Shown here piece by piece: positions 1 to 8,593 of a DNA stretch of 52,111 nucleotides. The DNA comes from an uncultured Muribaculaceae bacterium. GTDB lineage: Bacteria; Pseudomonadota; Alphaproteobacteria; Rs-D84. The position numbers and the translations under genes were made by a program. Position 1 is the stretch's first letter; each line of letters opens with the position of its first letter. The stretch is from the NCBI GenBank assembly GCA_964576135.1, contig CAZNTZ010000003.1, positions 1-52,111 of the forward strand, written 5' to 3'. The notes beneath the pieces are model-generated. The model was not told the DNA's origin. It ran no database searches and saw only the letters and a program-made list of their open reading frames with translations.

Positions 1-483
1 ACTTTCATCAAATACAAGTATTGAAATATCTTTCTTAATTGTTGGGTTTTGAAATCCGTCATCCATTACAATGGCGCGTGATCCAGGAATCATGGAATTT
101 ATACAGCTAATACTGGCTGCGCGATCACCGATCCAAACATCTAAACCATCAATAGAAAGCATTTTTGCTTCATCACCAATCATAACGGCAGTATCTGTTT
201 TCTGAACTTGATGCCCGACAAAATTATTCTTGGCACCGTATCCACGCATAACAACTGGTGCACCCAAATTCTTGGCAATAATTTTTACAATTGGCGTTTT
301 TCCAACTCCCCCAGCCAGAATTCCACCAACGCAAATTACCGGTGTTTTTGTATTTTTTTCATATTTTCTGGTCGCAAATCTAAATATATAAACACTGTAA
401 TGAAATAATACATAAATGATGGACACTGGCAATAACGCCAGCGCAAAAATATTTTTGCTTAAAAACCAAAATGGGGTTTTCAT
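1..483 (-). CDS. lpxK: Tetraacyldisaccharide 4'-kinase LpxK, N-terminal part (gene continues past the left edge)
   Basis: Manual minus-strand translation from the ATG at 483 gives MKTPFWFLSKNIF...PVICVGGILAGGVGKTPIV...MDDGFQNP. The P-loop GGxGKTP and the DDGFQ motif are typical of LpxK. The gene starts 6 nt after the stop of the DUF374 gene. Confidence 0.8.
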   Translation of the reverse strand, partial: MKTPFWFLSKNIFALALLPVSIIYVLFHYSVYIFRFATRKYEKNTKTPVICVGGILAGGVGKTPIVKIIAKNLGAPVVMRGYGAKNNFVGHQVQKTDTAVMIGDEAKMLSIDGLDVWIGDRAASISCINSMIPGSRAIVMDDGFQNPTIKKDISILVFDES

Positions 484-489
484 ATTACT

Positions 490-1191
490 TTATCCACCAT
501 GTCCCATAAACGCGTCTAAATCTTTTTGTTGTTTTATCATAATTTGTTCCAGCTTGACGCGTGATTCTTCCATGTTGTCAGATCTTGAAATATAAAAAGG
601 TTCGCCTGCTTCAATTGTAATTTTTGAAAAAGGTGTTGCGATTAAATATCTATCCCATCTGCCCTGGAACCAAGGTTTGCTTGTCGAAAAGCAAACAGGC
701 ACAATTGGTGCACCAGTCATCTGTGCAAAATATAAAACACCGTCATGAATACGCATACGCGGCCCCTTTGGACCATCGGGCGATAAACAAAGCAAGTTTC
801 CGTCATTTAAAATTCTTACGCCCTGGCGCAATACAGATACCGCACCCTTGCGCCCAGTCGAACCATAAATAGATCGTAAACCAAATAATCTTTGCAGTTT
901 GGCCATCAATCTGCCATCACGATGTTGACTTGAAATAGCATAACCTTTGAATCCGAATTTGAATGTAATCGGTGACAACATCATTGAACGTCCATGCCAG
1001 AAAGCAAATATTATAGGCTTTCCAACGAACTTTCGAAAAGTCGGCTCGTTTTTATATTTTACATGTGAAGTAAAATAAACCAACCAAATACCAAACCACA
1101 TCAGCGATGCAATAACCCATTGCACACCTGGCAAAGTAAATATCTTGCGAGTAGTTTTTTTCCATAACTCGCGAAATTTTTGTTTTGACAT
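490..1191 (-). CDS. DUF374-family lysophospholipid-acyltransferase-like protein (commonly found next to kdtA/lpxK)
   Basis: ORF 490..1233. Motifs FAFWHGR...SQHRDGRL...LSPDGPKGPR match the DUF374/LPLAT-like family. I prefer the internal ATG at 1191 (MSKQKF...) because a GGAGG Shine-Dalgarno lies 5 nt upstream (1197-1201 on the minus strand). Confidence 0.7.
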   Translation of the reverse strand: MSKQKFRELWKKTTRKIFTLPGVQWVIASLMWFGIWLVYFTSHVKYKNEPTFRKFVGKPIIFAFWHGRSMMLSPITFKFGFKGYAISSQHRDGRLMAKLQRLFGLRSIYGSTGRKGAVSVLRQGVRILNDGNLLCLSPDGPKGPRMRIHDGVLYFAQMTGAPIVPVCFSTSKPWFQGRWDRYLIATPFSKITIEAGEPFYISRSDNMEESRVKLEQIMIKQQKDLDAFMGHGG

Positions 1192-1296
1192 CAAAACCTC
1201 CGTTGGGTGCGAGCATAGCAATAAAAAAGACATATTTCAAGATATGGTTAAAATTCTTGACTTAAGTTTATTTTTGTGTAGAATTGGCGACATTGA

Positions 1297-1373
<77 letters not shown>

Positions 1374-1388
1374 AATAAAGAAAAAAAA

Positions 1389-1410
1389 CTGCCCGCATGG
1401 ACAGTTTTTT
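1389..1410 (+). terminator. Rho-independent terminator after tRNA-fMet
   Basis: Imperfect hairpin CTGCC-CGCAT-GGaCAG followed by a T6 run. Confidence 0.55.
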
Positions 1411-1558
1411 ATTTAAATCGTATTTAGAATTTTAATCAAAGAAAACTTTGGTTCAATTTCAGATGAGATTCGAGCGTAAGCCAATACGGTAAAGCGTATT
1501 AGTTATAATAAATTTAAATAGTCATAATTCAGGTATTCCTACCAAAAGTTCCAACCTT

Positions 1559-1591
1559 TTATCAATAAAACAAGATCTAGTTTATTGATAA
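1559..1591. promoter_or_regulatory. Perfect 11-bp inverted repeat, a candidate operator upstream of the MFS transporter gene
   Basis: TTATCAATAAA, then an 11-nt spacer containing AGATCT, then TTTATTGATAA. It ends 63 nt upstream of the ATG at 1654. Confidence 0.4.
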
Positions 1592-1653
1592 AATTTTATT
1601 TATGGTGTTTTTATGATAAAATACCCATAGGTTAATCAATTTCAGGATATTTA

Positions 1654-2862
1654 ATGTTCAATTTAACAGGTAAGCTTAAGTCATTTATATATAAAATATA
1701 TTTTATATCTTTTTTTAATTCATTCGTTTTGTTATATCCAATTTACACCGTTTTTATGAATGAAAGTGGTATTTCTGATTTTCAACTATCAACATTATTA
1801 ATTATTTGGTCATTGGGTGTGTTTGTATTTCAATTTCCTGCTGCATGGGTTGCAAGAATACTTGGTGATAAAAATGCAATGATATTTGGCCAAATTTGTA
1901 AAATATTATGTTTTATTACATGGTTTATGTTTCCAAATTATACTGGCTTTGCGATGGGGTTTATTTTATGGAGTATACAAAGTGCTATATACAATGTTGC
2001 ATATGAATCAATGTTATATAATGAATTAGCTTCGCACAAAAGGAAAGATTTATATACAAAAGTTTTGGGATATCGTGACGCAATATCAACAATTGGTGCA
2101 GCCTTGGCAGGAATTGGATCTTTCTTGTTATTTATGGGTTACGTATTCATAGAAATTGCATCTATATCTGCTGTTTTAATAACAGTTATATTGTTTATGA
2201 GATTAGAATTTCGTAGAGTTAAAAATATTGTTATAAAGGGCAAAAAAAACTTTTTGAAACAATTAAAACATGGATATAAATTCATAGTCAAAACACCATG
2301 TATTCTATATATAATTATTACTGCAACACTTGCATTAAACTTTTCATATATTGATGATTATACAAGTTTAATAGGTGTTGATGTTGGATTGGGTAAAGAA
2401 TATGTTGGATTGATATTATTTATTACGATGGTATTTAGAATAATCGGTCAATTAATTGCTAATAAATTTGAGCATATAAAAGACATAAACTTATACTTGT
2501 TAATATCTGCCCTGGGTGTTTTATATATTTTATTTTCAGTTTTTTATTCAGTTATTGGATTGTTCTTGTTAATAGGGTTATCTTATTCTCTGTTTTCAAT
2601 TATTCAAATACTTACATACTCAAAATTACAGAACTTTGTACCAACAAATCAGAGACATATTGCGCTGGCTTTCTATAATATTGCTGATCAGACCGTTTAT
2701 ACTGCTGCAATGTTGGTTATTGGGAGTGGCAGCAGTCTTTATGGGTGGAAATACAGTGTTATGATTTTAGGATTAATATGTATTTTAGTTGGTTTATGGG
2801 CAAGAATTTTTGTTCGTAATAAGTGCGAATTGCCAGAACAAAAATTAATATATAAAGAGTAA
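1654..2862 (+). CDS. MFS-type transporter (substrate unknown)
   Basis: 402-aa ORF with roughly 12 hydrophobic helices. A loop motif ARILGDKNAM resembles the MFS D-R-x-G-R-K motif. The gene is very AT-rich. Confidence 0.6.
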   Translation: MFNLTGKLKSFIYKIYFISFFNSFVLLYPIYTVFMNESGISDFQLSTLLIIWSLGVFVFQFPAAWVARILGDKNAMIFGQICKILCFITWFMFPNYTGFAMGFILWSIQSAIYNVAYESMLYNELASHKRKDLYTKVLGYRDAISTIGAALAGIGSFLLFMGYVFIEIASISAVLITVILFMRLEFRRVKNIVIKGKKNFLKQLKHGYKFIVKTPCILYIIITATLALNFSYIDDYTSLIGVDVGLGKEYVGLILFITMVFRIIGQLIANKFEHIKDINLYLLISALGVLYILFSVFYSVIGLFLLIGLSYSLFSIIQILTYSKLQNFVPTNQRHIALAFYNIADQTVYTAAMLVIGSGSSLYGWKYSVMILGLICILVGLWARIFVRNKCELPEQKLIYKE

Positions 2863-2886
2863 AATTATACCGCTTGTGATAATTAT

Positions 2887-3513
2887 TTATAAATTACATT
2901 TATCAAGGCGGTGGCTGTCTTCGTTTTGATCGACTTTCTTATTACGGATTTCTTCTTCGGCTTTTAATTTCTGTTTCAGTAATATAATTTCGGGGTTGTT
3001 TTGAATATCAGCATTAAATTCATCAAGCGCTGAATCTGCGTCATTTTGGGTTTTAAAAAATATTGGAACTATGGAATTTGCAGCACTGGAAACTGCACGT
3101 TTGATTTCTGATTCATTATTACTAATTACAGCCAGATGTGCCCGGATATGTTCGTCTTCGTGTTCCAATATTGCGTTATATGCACACGATTCTGGTATAT
3201 GTCTGGAATCAATTTGAACTGAAAAATCACTGTACCCAATTGTTGCTGTGACCCTGTCCAGGACAACGCATATTCCGTTATCAACATATTCTGGGTGTGC
3301 TGAAATACTATATTTTTCAGTCAATGTTGCGACAACGTTACCATGCAACAAATCCATTGATTTTAACGGTTGAACAACTTCTTTGCGCCAATTTGGTACC
3401 AAAACATCTATTTTTGGATAAACCTTGAACCCCAGACACTCTGTATCATCTGCAAACGCAGGAATTGTGACAAAGGTAAGACAAATATATAAAATTTTGA
3501 TTATTTTACGCAT
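2887..3513 (-). CDS. Secreted protein with an HExxH motif (HEDEH), a candidate Zn-metallopeptidase-like protein; reminiscent of DUF922 from memory only
   Basis: ORF 2887..3528. The likely ATG at 3513 gives MRKIIKILYICLTFVTIPAFA|DD, a classic signal peptide. It carries an ILEHEDEHIRAH motif and a charged helical C-terminal tail. It starts 21 nt downstream of the virB4 stop. Confidence 0.5.
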   Translation of the reverse strand: MRKIIKILYICLTFVTIPAFADDTECLGFKVYPKIDVLVPNWRKEVVQPLKSMDLLHGNVVATLTEKYSISAHPEYVDNGICVVLDRVTATIGYSDFSVQIDSRHIPESCAYNAILEHEDEHIRAHLAVISNNESEIKRAVSSAANSIVPIFFKTQNDADSALDEFNADIQNNPEIILLKQKLKAEEEIRNKKVDQNEDSHRLDKCNL

Positions 3514-3534
3514 GAAACAATCATACAACCTTGA

Positions 3535-5961
3535 TCATTCGTTATCAACCCTGATCTGTTGTTTCAAGTATTCTTCGACAAAATTATTTCCAAATTGTTT
3601 GTAAAGTTCTTCGGCCAAAAGCACAGATGACCGCCCAGACTCAAATAAATGCAGCAAATTGCCAAGTCCACCCAGTTCAGTATTCAAAATAACCGATTCA
3701 CCGTTTACTGGCCGTGACAAAAGCACAGCGCGTTTCAAGTGCGGATAAGCCTTACCCTGGATAAATGCCATTTCAAGTGGATTTAGTTTCCAATATTCAT
3801 AATCGCGTACGTCTGCAGCAGGATTACGAAAGAACATAACTGTCTGTGCCTGGCCACGTACAACATCACCAATTCCAAGTTTATCAATTATATTTGCTTG
3901 TTGAAATGCAGCCATATATGCTTGGCGGTTTTTTCGACCTTCTTGAAGCCCTACAATAAAATTATCGCGGAACATTTTGTTTTGCAGCATTGGCGCGGTT
4001 TCATCAATCATAATCAATGAAGGTGTCCCTTGGGCAACTGTGATACTATTTATACGATGAATTATATAGGAAACAACTGCTGGGGCCAAAACTTCGTCAG
4101 ACATTACATCTGTGAAATCAAATGTTGTCAGACGTGAATATAAATCAAGTGTATCTTTATCTTCGTTAAATATCTGCCCGTATTGCAAATCATCAACCCA
4201 CTTTTTCAATTCACCACGCATTGACCCATTTGATGAAAAACATGGTTGCCACAGATTTTTTAACTTTCTGTTTGAATTATCAACATAATCAAAATTCACC
4301 GATACAGCACGTGCAATCTCGTCTAAACTATCCGGATCTGCGGCACCAGAAATCATTTGTAACCAACGCCTTAAAAACGCACGGTTTTCATCTGAATCTT
4401 CCATTTTGAAAGGATTCATTTTTGTATCAAAATTTATTACACCTTCGCCGGCATTTTTTGATTTACCTGCAAATGTCATATATTTTCCAGATGTGGCAAG
4501 TGTAAATACTTCGGCCCCATGATTACGATCGAAAAAGAATGCTTTTAATTTAGGATGACGTAAAGATTGCGTTATCAAGAACGAGAATAAAGTTGTCTTA
4601 CCACCGCCAGTCGGGCCAATTGTCAAAGTATGTGCCACAGAAGTCGGCGCGTCAGATACATGAAATTGAAACTGATAAGGTGTCCCTTGCGCGGTTGGAA
4701 ATATCACAAGTGCGCCCGGACCCCAATCGCTGTTTGCAACACCAGTAGGTACAGATGACATTGGAATTGAAATTGCCGAAGCCTTGGATAATAATTTGAA
4801 CGATCTTGGGAATACATCAAACCCGGGGAGTTGCGCAAAAAACGAAACTTTTACCGCAAAATCTTCTATAACTGGTGCAATACCAAAACCCGCACATATT
4901 TTTTTGAAATTAGAAATATGGTTTTCGAGTTCTTCTTCGCTGTCACCAAAAATCTGGAACATTGGATAATAATTCATCATTGTTTGGGTGCCAGAAATAT
5001 TTTCATCCATAGCAAGCATTGCACCAGCAATCTGTTCTTCGGCAACATCTTGGTTTTCAGCATTTGCATCAATTGTTGATTGACGTTGTTTTATTGTCTG
5101 TTGAACCCCGGCCGCACCCATTGGTTTGAAAGCCGACATTGATATAACTTCTGTTTGAAGCGTTGCAATTTCATCAAAAAATTCTTCATCCAGAAAATCT
5201 GGTGATATTTTAAAACTCGCTATGACAGATAATTTTTTTGCCCCTGCCCCTGTATAAGAAACCCGACCATTACGTAAAAATTCAACATTATCAGTTGCTG
5301 CAATTTCAGCCATATTACCATCGGTTCTTAAAATTTGTGGTTTTGATACGGGTGATAAAATTCGACCAAATAACAAAGCAATATTATTCTTAGCATTATG
5401 TTTTAATAATGTTGGTTTATACGAAGAAAGTATTGATTCTAATAAATTTGAATAATTATTTAATTTTTCTAAATTTGAAGCTGATAAAACTATATAATAA
5501 GAATTATTAAAAATTCTTAAACCTTGACTGTTCCATTTGTCATAAATTTTTTGTAACACAGTTTGGTCAAATTCATAATCAGTGCGTTCTTCGGCAGAAT
5601 CACGAATTGTATAAAATCTGAAACTTACATTTGTGTCTTGGATTTGATTAAATAAACTTGCTCGCATTTCAAGGAATGCTTCACGTGTAACATTATCTTG
5701 CATACTTGTTTGTACACCAGAAAATTGATAAGCACAAATATATTCACCACTTTTTAAACGAACTGATTTATTATCATTTACAATTCCAGCAAATGGTAAA
5801 TATTCAGAATATTTTTTATAACCAAATTCTGGAAAAATATAACGTAACAACATTGGTGTGTAAATTAATAATAAAACAAATATTAACAAAACTGCAGCTG
5901 ACAAAGCGACCAATGTCATTGGAAAATCAGCGCTTACGAAAGATGAAAATATATTTTGCAT
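3535..5961 (-). CDS. virB4: Type IV secretion system ATPase VirB4
   Basis: 808 aa with an N-terminal TM segment, Walker A GPTGGGKTT, and IMIDETAP (Walker B-like). Size and organisation are typical of VirB4/TrbE. It directly abuts virB3. Confidence 0.9.
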   Translation of the reverse strand: MQNIFSSFVSADFPMTLVALSAAVLLIFVLLLIYTPMLLRYIFPEFGYKKYSEYLPFAGIVNDNKSVRLKSGEYICAYQFSGVQTSMQDNVTREAFLEMRASLFNQIQDTNVSFRFYTIRDSAEERTDYEFDQTVLQKIYDKWNSQGLRIFNNSYYIVLSASNLEKLNNYSNLLESILSSYKPTLLKHNAKNNIALLFGRILSPVSKPQILRTDGNMAEIAATDNVEFLRNGRVSYTGAGAKKLSVIASFKISPDFLDEEFFDEIATLQTEVISMSAFKPMGAAGVQQTIKQRQSTIDANAENQDVAEEQIAGAMLAMDENISGTQTMMNYYPMFQIFGDSEEELENHISNFKKICAGFGIAPVIEDFAVKVSFFAQLPGFDVFPRSFKLLSKASAISIPMSSVPTGVANSDWGPGALVIFPTAQGTPYQFQFHVSDAPTSVAHTLTIGPTGGGKTTLFSFLITQSLRHPKLKAFFFDRNHGAEVFTLATSGKYMTFAGKSKNAGEGVINFDTKMNPFKMEDSDENRAFLRRWLQMISGAADPDSLDEIARAVSVNFDYVDNSNRKLKNLWQPCFSSNGSMRGELKKWVDDLQYGQIFNEDKDTLDLYSRLTTFDFTDVMSDEVLAPAVVSYIIHRINSITVAQGTPSLIMIDETAPMLQNKMFRDNFIVGLQEGRKNRQAYMAAFQQANIIDKLGIGDVVRGQAQTVMFFRNPAADVRDYEYWKLNPLEMAFIQGKAYPHLKRAVLLSRPVNGESVILNTELGGLGNLLHLFESGRSSVLLAEELYKQFGNNFVEEYLKQQIRVDNE

Positions 5962-6258
5962 TTATCCCCGCAAATTTTTTGGAACACGTAATTTAAAAAG
6001 TTGTAGTTTAGCTGCAATAATATTTGCAATTTGTGGTTCGCGTTTTGAAATCCCAGCTAAAATAAAATGTGTAAAAATAAGTGATATTAAAAAATATAAT
6101 GGATCAATTCCGACACGACCACCTGTGATTGTTAATGTACCACCAAAAATCACTAAGAAAATAATAAATTGAGCAGCAAAATTCAAAACAGCAATTGAAT
6201 AAGGCACATAAAATATGCGCGCCGGATTAGCCAAAGCTTTTAATACATTTATTCTCAT
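5962..6258 (-). CDS. virB3: Type IV secretion system protein VirB3
   Basis: 98 aa with two hydrophobic helices. Its stop is immediately adjacent to the virB4 start, the canonical virB3-virB4 arrangement. Confidence 0.75.
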   Translation of the reverse strand: MRINVLKALANPARIFYVPYSIAVLNFAAQFIIFLVIFGGTLTITGGRVGIDPLYFLISLIFTHFILAGISKREPQIANIIAAKLQLFKLRVPKNLRG

Positions 6259-6296
6259 GAAAAACTATACTCTCTCAACTGTTTAAATTATATCAA

Positions 6297-6480
6297 TTTC
6301 AACAATTTTCAACAAGCCTAAAATATTATTAGTATTTATTGTTAAATATGTTCACAAAACCATTCTTTTTAACATGTTTATTATTTTTATAAATTATTAA
6401 CATTTTATATAAATACTTAAAAATCTAAGTTTTATTTGTTGAAAACTTGTTAATAAACCAATAAAAACTATTTTCAACAA
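6297..6480. promoter_or_regulatory. virB3 upstream region with four copies of the decamer TTTTCAACAA (two tandem, one inverted, one distal)
   Basis: Copies lie at 6297-6305 (9/10 match), 6306-6315, 6436-6445 (inverted, TTGTTGAAAA) and 6471-6480. All sit in the 320-bp AT-rich spacer upstream of virB3. Confidence 0.45.
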
Positions 6481-6536
6481 AACTAACAGGTATAACAACA
6501 ATAACAATTAAATATATATTATAATTTAATGATATT

Positions 6537-6556
6537 AAAAAACCCGCAAATGCGGA
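6537..6556 (-). terminator. Rho-independent terminator downstream of rpmJ
   Basis: The minus strand reads AUCCGC-AUUU-GCGGGU followed by U6. Confidence 0.6.
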
Positions 6557-6579
6557 TTTAATAATTTATAATGGTTTAA

Positions 6580-6711
6580 TTATCTTTTGAAACCTTGTTT
6601 CGCTTTGAACTTTGGTTTATCTGGATCGATTAAGATAATTTGTTTACCGCGGCGAATCTGTTTTATATTTCCGCGTTTTTTCCATGCTTTTAATGAACTT
6701 AAAAATTTCAT
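6580..6711 (-). CDS. rpmJ: 50S ribosomal protein L36 (long alphaproteobacterial form)
   Basis: Too short for the ORF track. Manual translation gives MKFLSSLKAWKKRGNIKQIRRGKQIILIDPDKPKFKAKQGFKR (43 aa). It matches the pattern MK..SLK....R......R+G+.......P+FKARQG. Confidence 0.85.
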   Translation of the reverse strand: MKFLSSLKAWKKRGNIKQIRRGKQIILIDPDKPKFKAKQGFKR

Positions 6712-6758
6712 ATCTTTACCTTTGTTGCTTGGTGATTATAAATAAAATAGACCAAAAA

Positions 6759-7454
6759 TCAAGAAAAATCAAAATTACTAAAACTTTCTTCAAGAATAGA
6801 TTTAATTTCAGATGTTCCAAGACCACCTTCGCGTAAGTATTCAATTTGTGGGGCAGATCCACGCCAAATATTTGCAGAGTGCCCAGCAGTTATAGGAATA
6901 GTCGAAATTCTTTGTGCTGGGGCAAATACTATTTTTTTGATATCTGGTGCACAAAGTGCTGAAAAACGAATGTCTGATTCACAATCTGGTGTCTTTGAAG
7001 GGATTTTAGCCGTAGCAATTAGCATAGTTTCAGATTTTGAATGTGCAATAACACGGTTTTCAATAAAAATACTGGTATTTGAGGAAATATGCTCTGCTAA
7101 AATATCTAATTTAAGATTTGATTTGTTTTGCACCAAGATTTGTCCACGAATCACAGAATTTTTTCCGGCATTTTTAATTAAAAGTTGTAAAAAGACCGGT
7201 GTTTCTGAATTGAATTTGGCACTAAGGTAAATCGAATTTTCAGATTTGTTTTCAATTGATAATTTTTTATCACCAGATATGTTACCGACGTATATTATAT
7301 GAACTGGTAAATCTGATTTTTTATCAATAATTATAGATTCATTGGTAATATTGAAAGAATTTTCTGACAAATCGGGTTTATAAACACCATCTGCGAAAAC
7401 AATAGTTTGCGCCGGAAAAGTTTTTATGTTAAATTCTTGCCACAGGTAAGACAT
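6759..7454 (-). CDS. Short SufB/SufD-family (Fe-S assembly beta-helix) protein
   Basis: The C-terminal region APAQRISTIPITAGHSANIWRGSAPQIEYLREGGLGTSEIKSILEESF parallels the SufB/D signature (P.L.I..D.V.c.H.atvg.+d.eqlfYL.sRG+...A..l+...F). The ORF track starts it at TTG 7481; the first ATG is at 7454. At about 231-240 aa it is far shorter than the ~420 aa of typical SufD. Confidence 0.55.
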   Translation of the reverse strand: MSYLWQEFNIKTFPAQTIVFADGVYKPDLSENSFNITNESIIIDKKSDLPVHIIYVGNISGDKKLSIENKSENSIYLSAKFNSETPVFLQLLIKNAGKNSVIRGQILVQNKSNLKLDILAEHISSNTSIFIENRVIAHSKSETMLIATAKIPSKTPDCESDIRFSALCAPDIKKIVFAPAQRISTIPITAGHSANIWRGSAPQIEYLREGGLGTSEIKSILEESFSNFDFS

Positions 7455-7499
7455 ACTTAAATGATAGATAATAAATAACAAATAATAAAGAGAAAACTT

Positions 7500-8582
7500 A
7501 TGGGTTTTAATTGCGGAATTGTTGGATTACCAAATGTTGGGAAATCAACATTATTTAATGCGCTTACTGCTACTTGTGCCGCATCTGCGCAAAATTACCC
7601 TTTTTGTACAATTGAACCGAATCTTGGTAAAGTCGTAGTGCCAGATGAAACGCTTTTGAAATTAGCAAAGGTTGCGAATTCGCAAAAAATTATTCCGACA
7701 CAATTAGAAATAGTTGATATAGCAGGTCTTGTCGCAGGAGCAAGCAGTGGCGAAGGACTGGGTAATAAATTTTTAGGTCATATTCAATCTGTTGACGCAA
7801 TAATTCATGTTGTCAGATGTTTTGAAAATGATGATATTGTACATGTAAGCGGTTCTATTGATCCACTTCGAGATATTGATATTATTGAAACAGAGCTTAT
7901 GTTGGCTGATTTAGAAAGTTTGGAAAAACAAATTATAAATCTTACAAAACGGGCACGTGGTGCGGATAAAGAAGCAATCAAAGATTTGGAATTAGCCGAA
8001 GAAATAAAAAAAGGTTTATCACAAGGGGTTTCTGCACGTAAAACGCTTGATGGAAAACCTTCGCCATTTGCACTTTTGTCCGCAAAGGCAGTTATTTATG
8101 TTTGTAATGTTGACGAAGCATCTGCTGCAAATGGTAATGAATTTTCAAGTAAAGTTGTTCAAAAATTTGGTGCAACAAACTCAGTCTTGGTTATTTCCAG
8201 TCAAATAGAAATGGAAATAGCACAAATTGTTGATATGGATGAACGTAAAATGTTTTTGACAGAAATGGGTCTTACTGAATCTGGACTTGATAAAATTATT
8301 CGCACCGGATATAAAACTCTTGGTCTTGAAACTTTTTACACTGTTGGTCCAAAAGAAGCACATGCGTGGACAATAAGTGTTGGTATGACTGCACCCCAAG
8401 CAGCTGGTAAAATCCACACAGATTTTGAAAAAGGTTTTATTCGTGCAGAAATCATAAAACCAAATGATTACATAGAACTTGGTGGTGAATTAGCTGTTAA
8501 AGATTCAGGAAAAATGCGTACAGTTGGTCGTGATTATGTAATGCAAGATGGGGATATTTGCCATTTCTTGTTTAATAATTAA
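7500..8582 (+). CDS. ychF: Ribosome-binding ATPase YchF
   Basis: GIVGLPNVGKSTLFNALT G1 motif, FCTIEPN, DIAGLV, and a TGS-type C-terminus (DGDICHFLFN). 360 aa. Confidence 0.92.
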   Translation: MGFNCGIVGLPNVGKSTLFNALTATCAASAQNYPFCTIEPNLGKVVVPDETLLKLAKVANSQKIIPTQLEIVDIAGLVAGASSGEGLGNKFLGHIQSVDAIIHVVRCFENDDIVHVSGSIDPLRDIDIIETELMLADLESLEKQIINLTKRARGADKEAIKDLELAEEIKKGLSQGVSARKTLDGKPSPFALLSAKAVIYVCNVDEASAANGNEFSSKVVQKFGATNSVLVISSQIEMEIAQIVDMDERKMFLTEMGLTESGLDKIIRTGYKTLGLETFYTVGPKEAHAWTISVGMTAPQAAGKIHTDFEKGFIRAEIIKPNDYIELGGELAVKDSGKMRTVGRDYVMQDGDICHFLFNN

Positions 8583-8593
8583 AAGGGTTAAAA

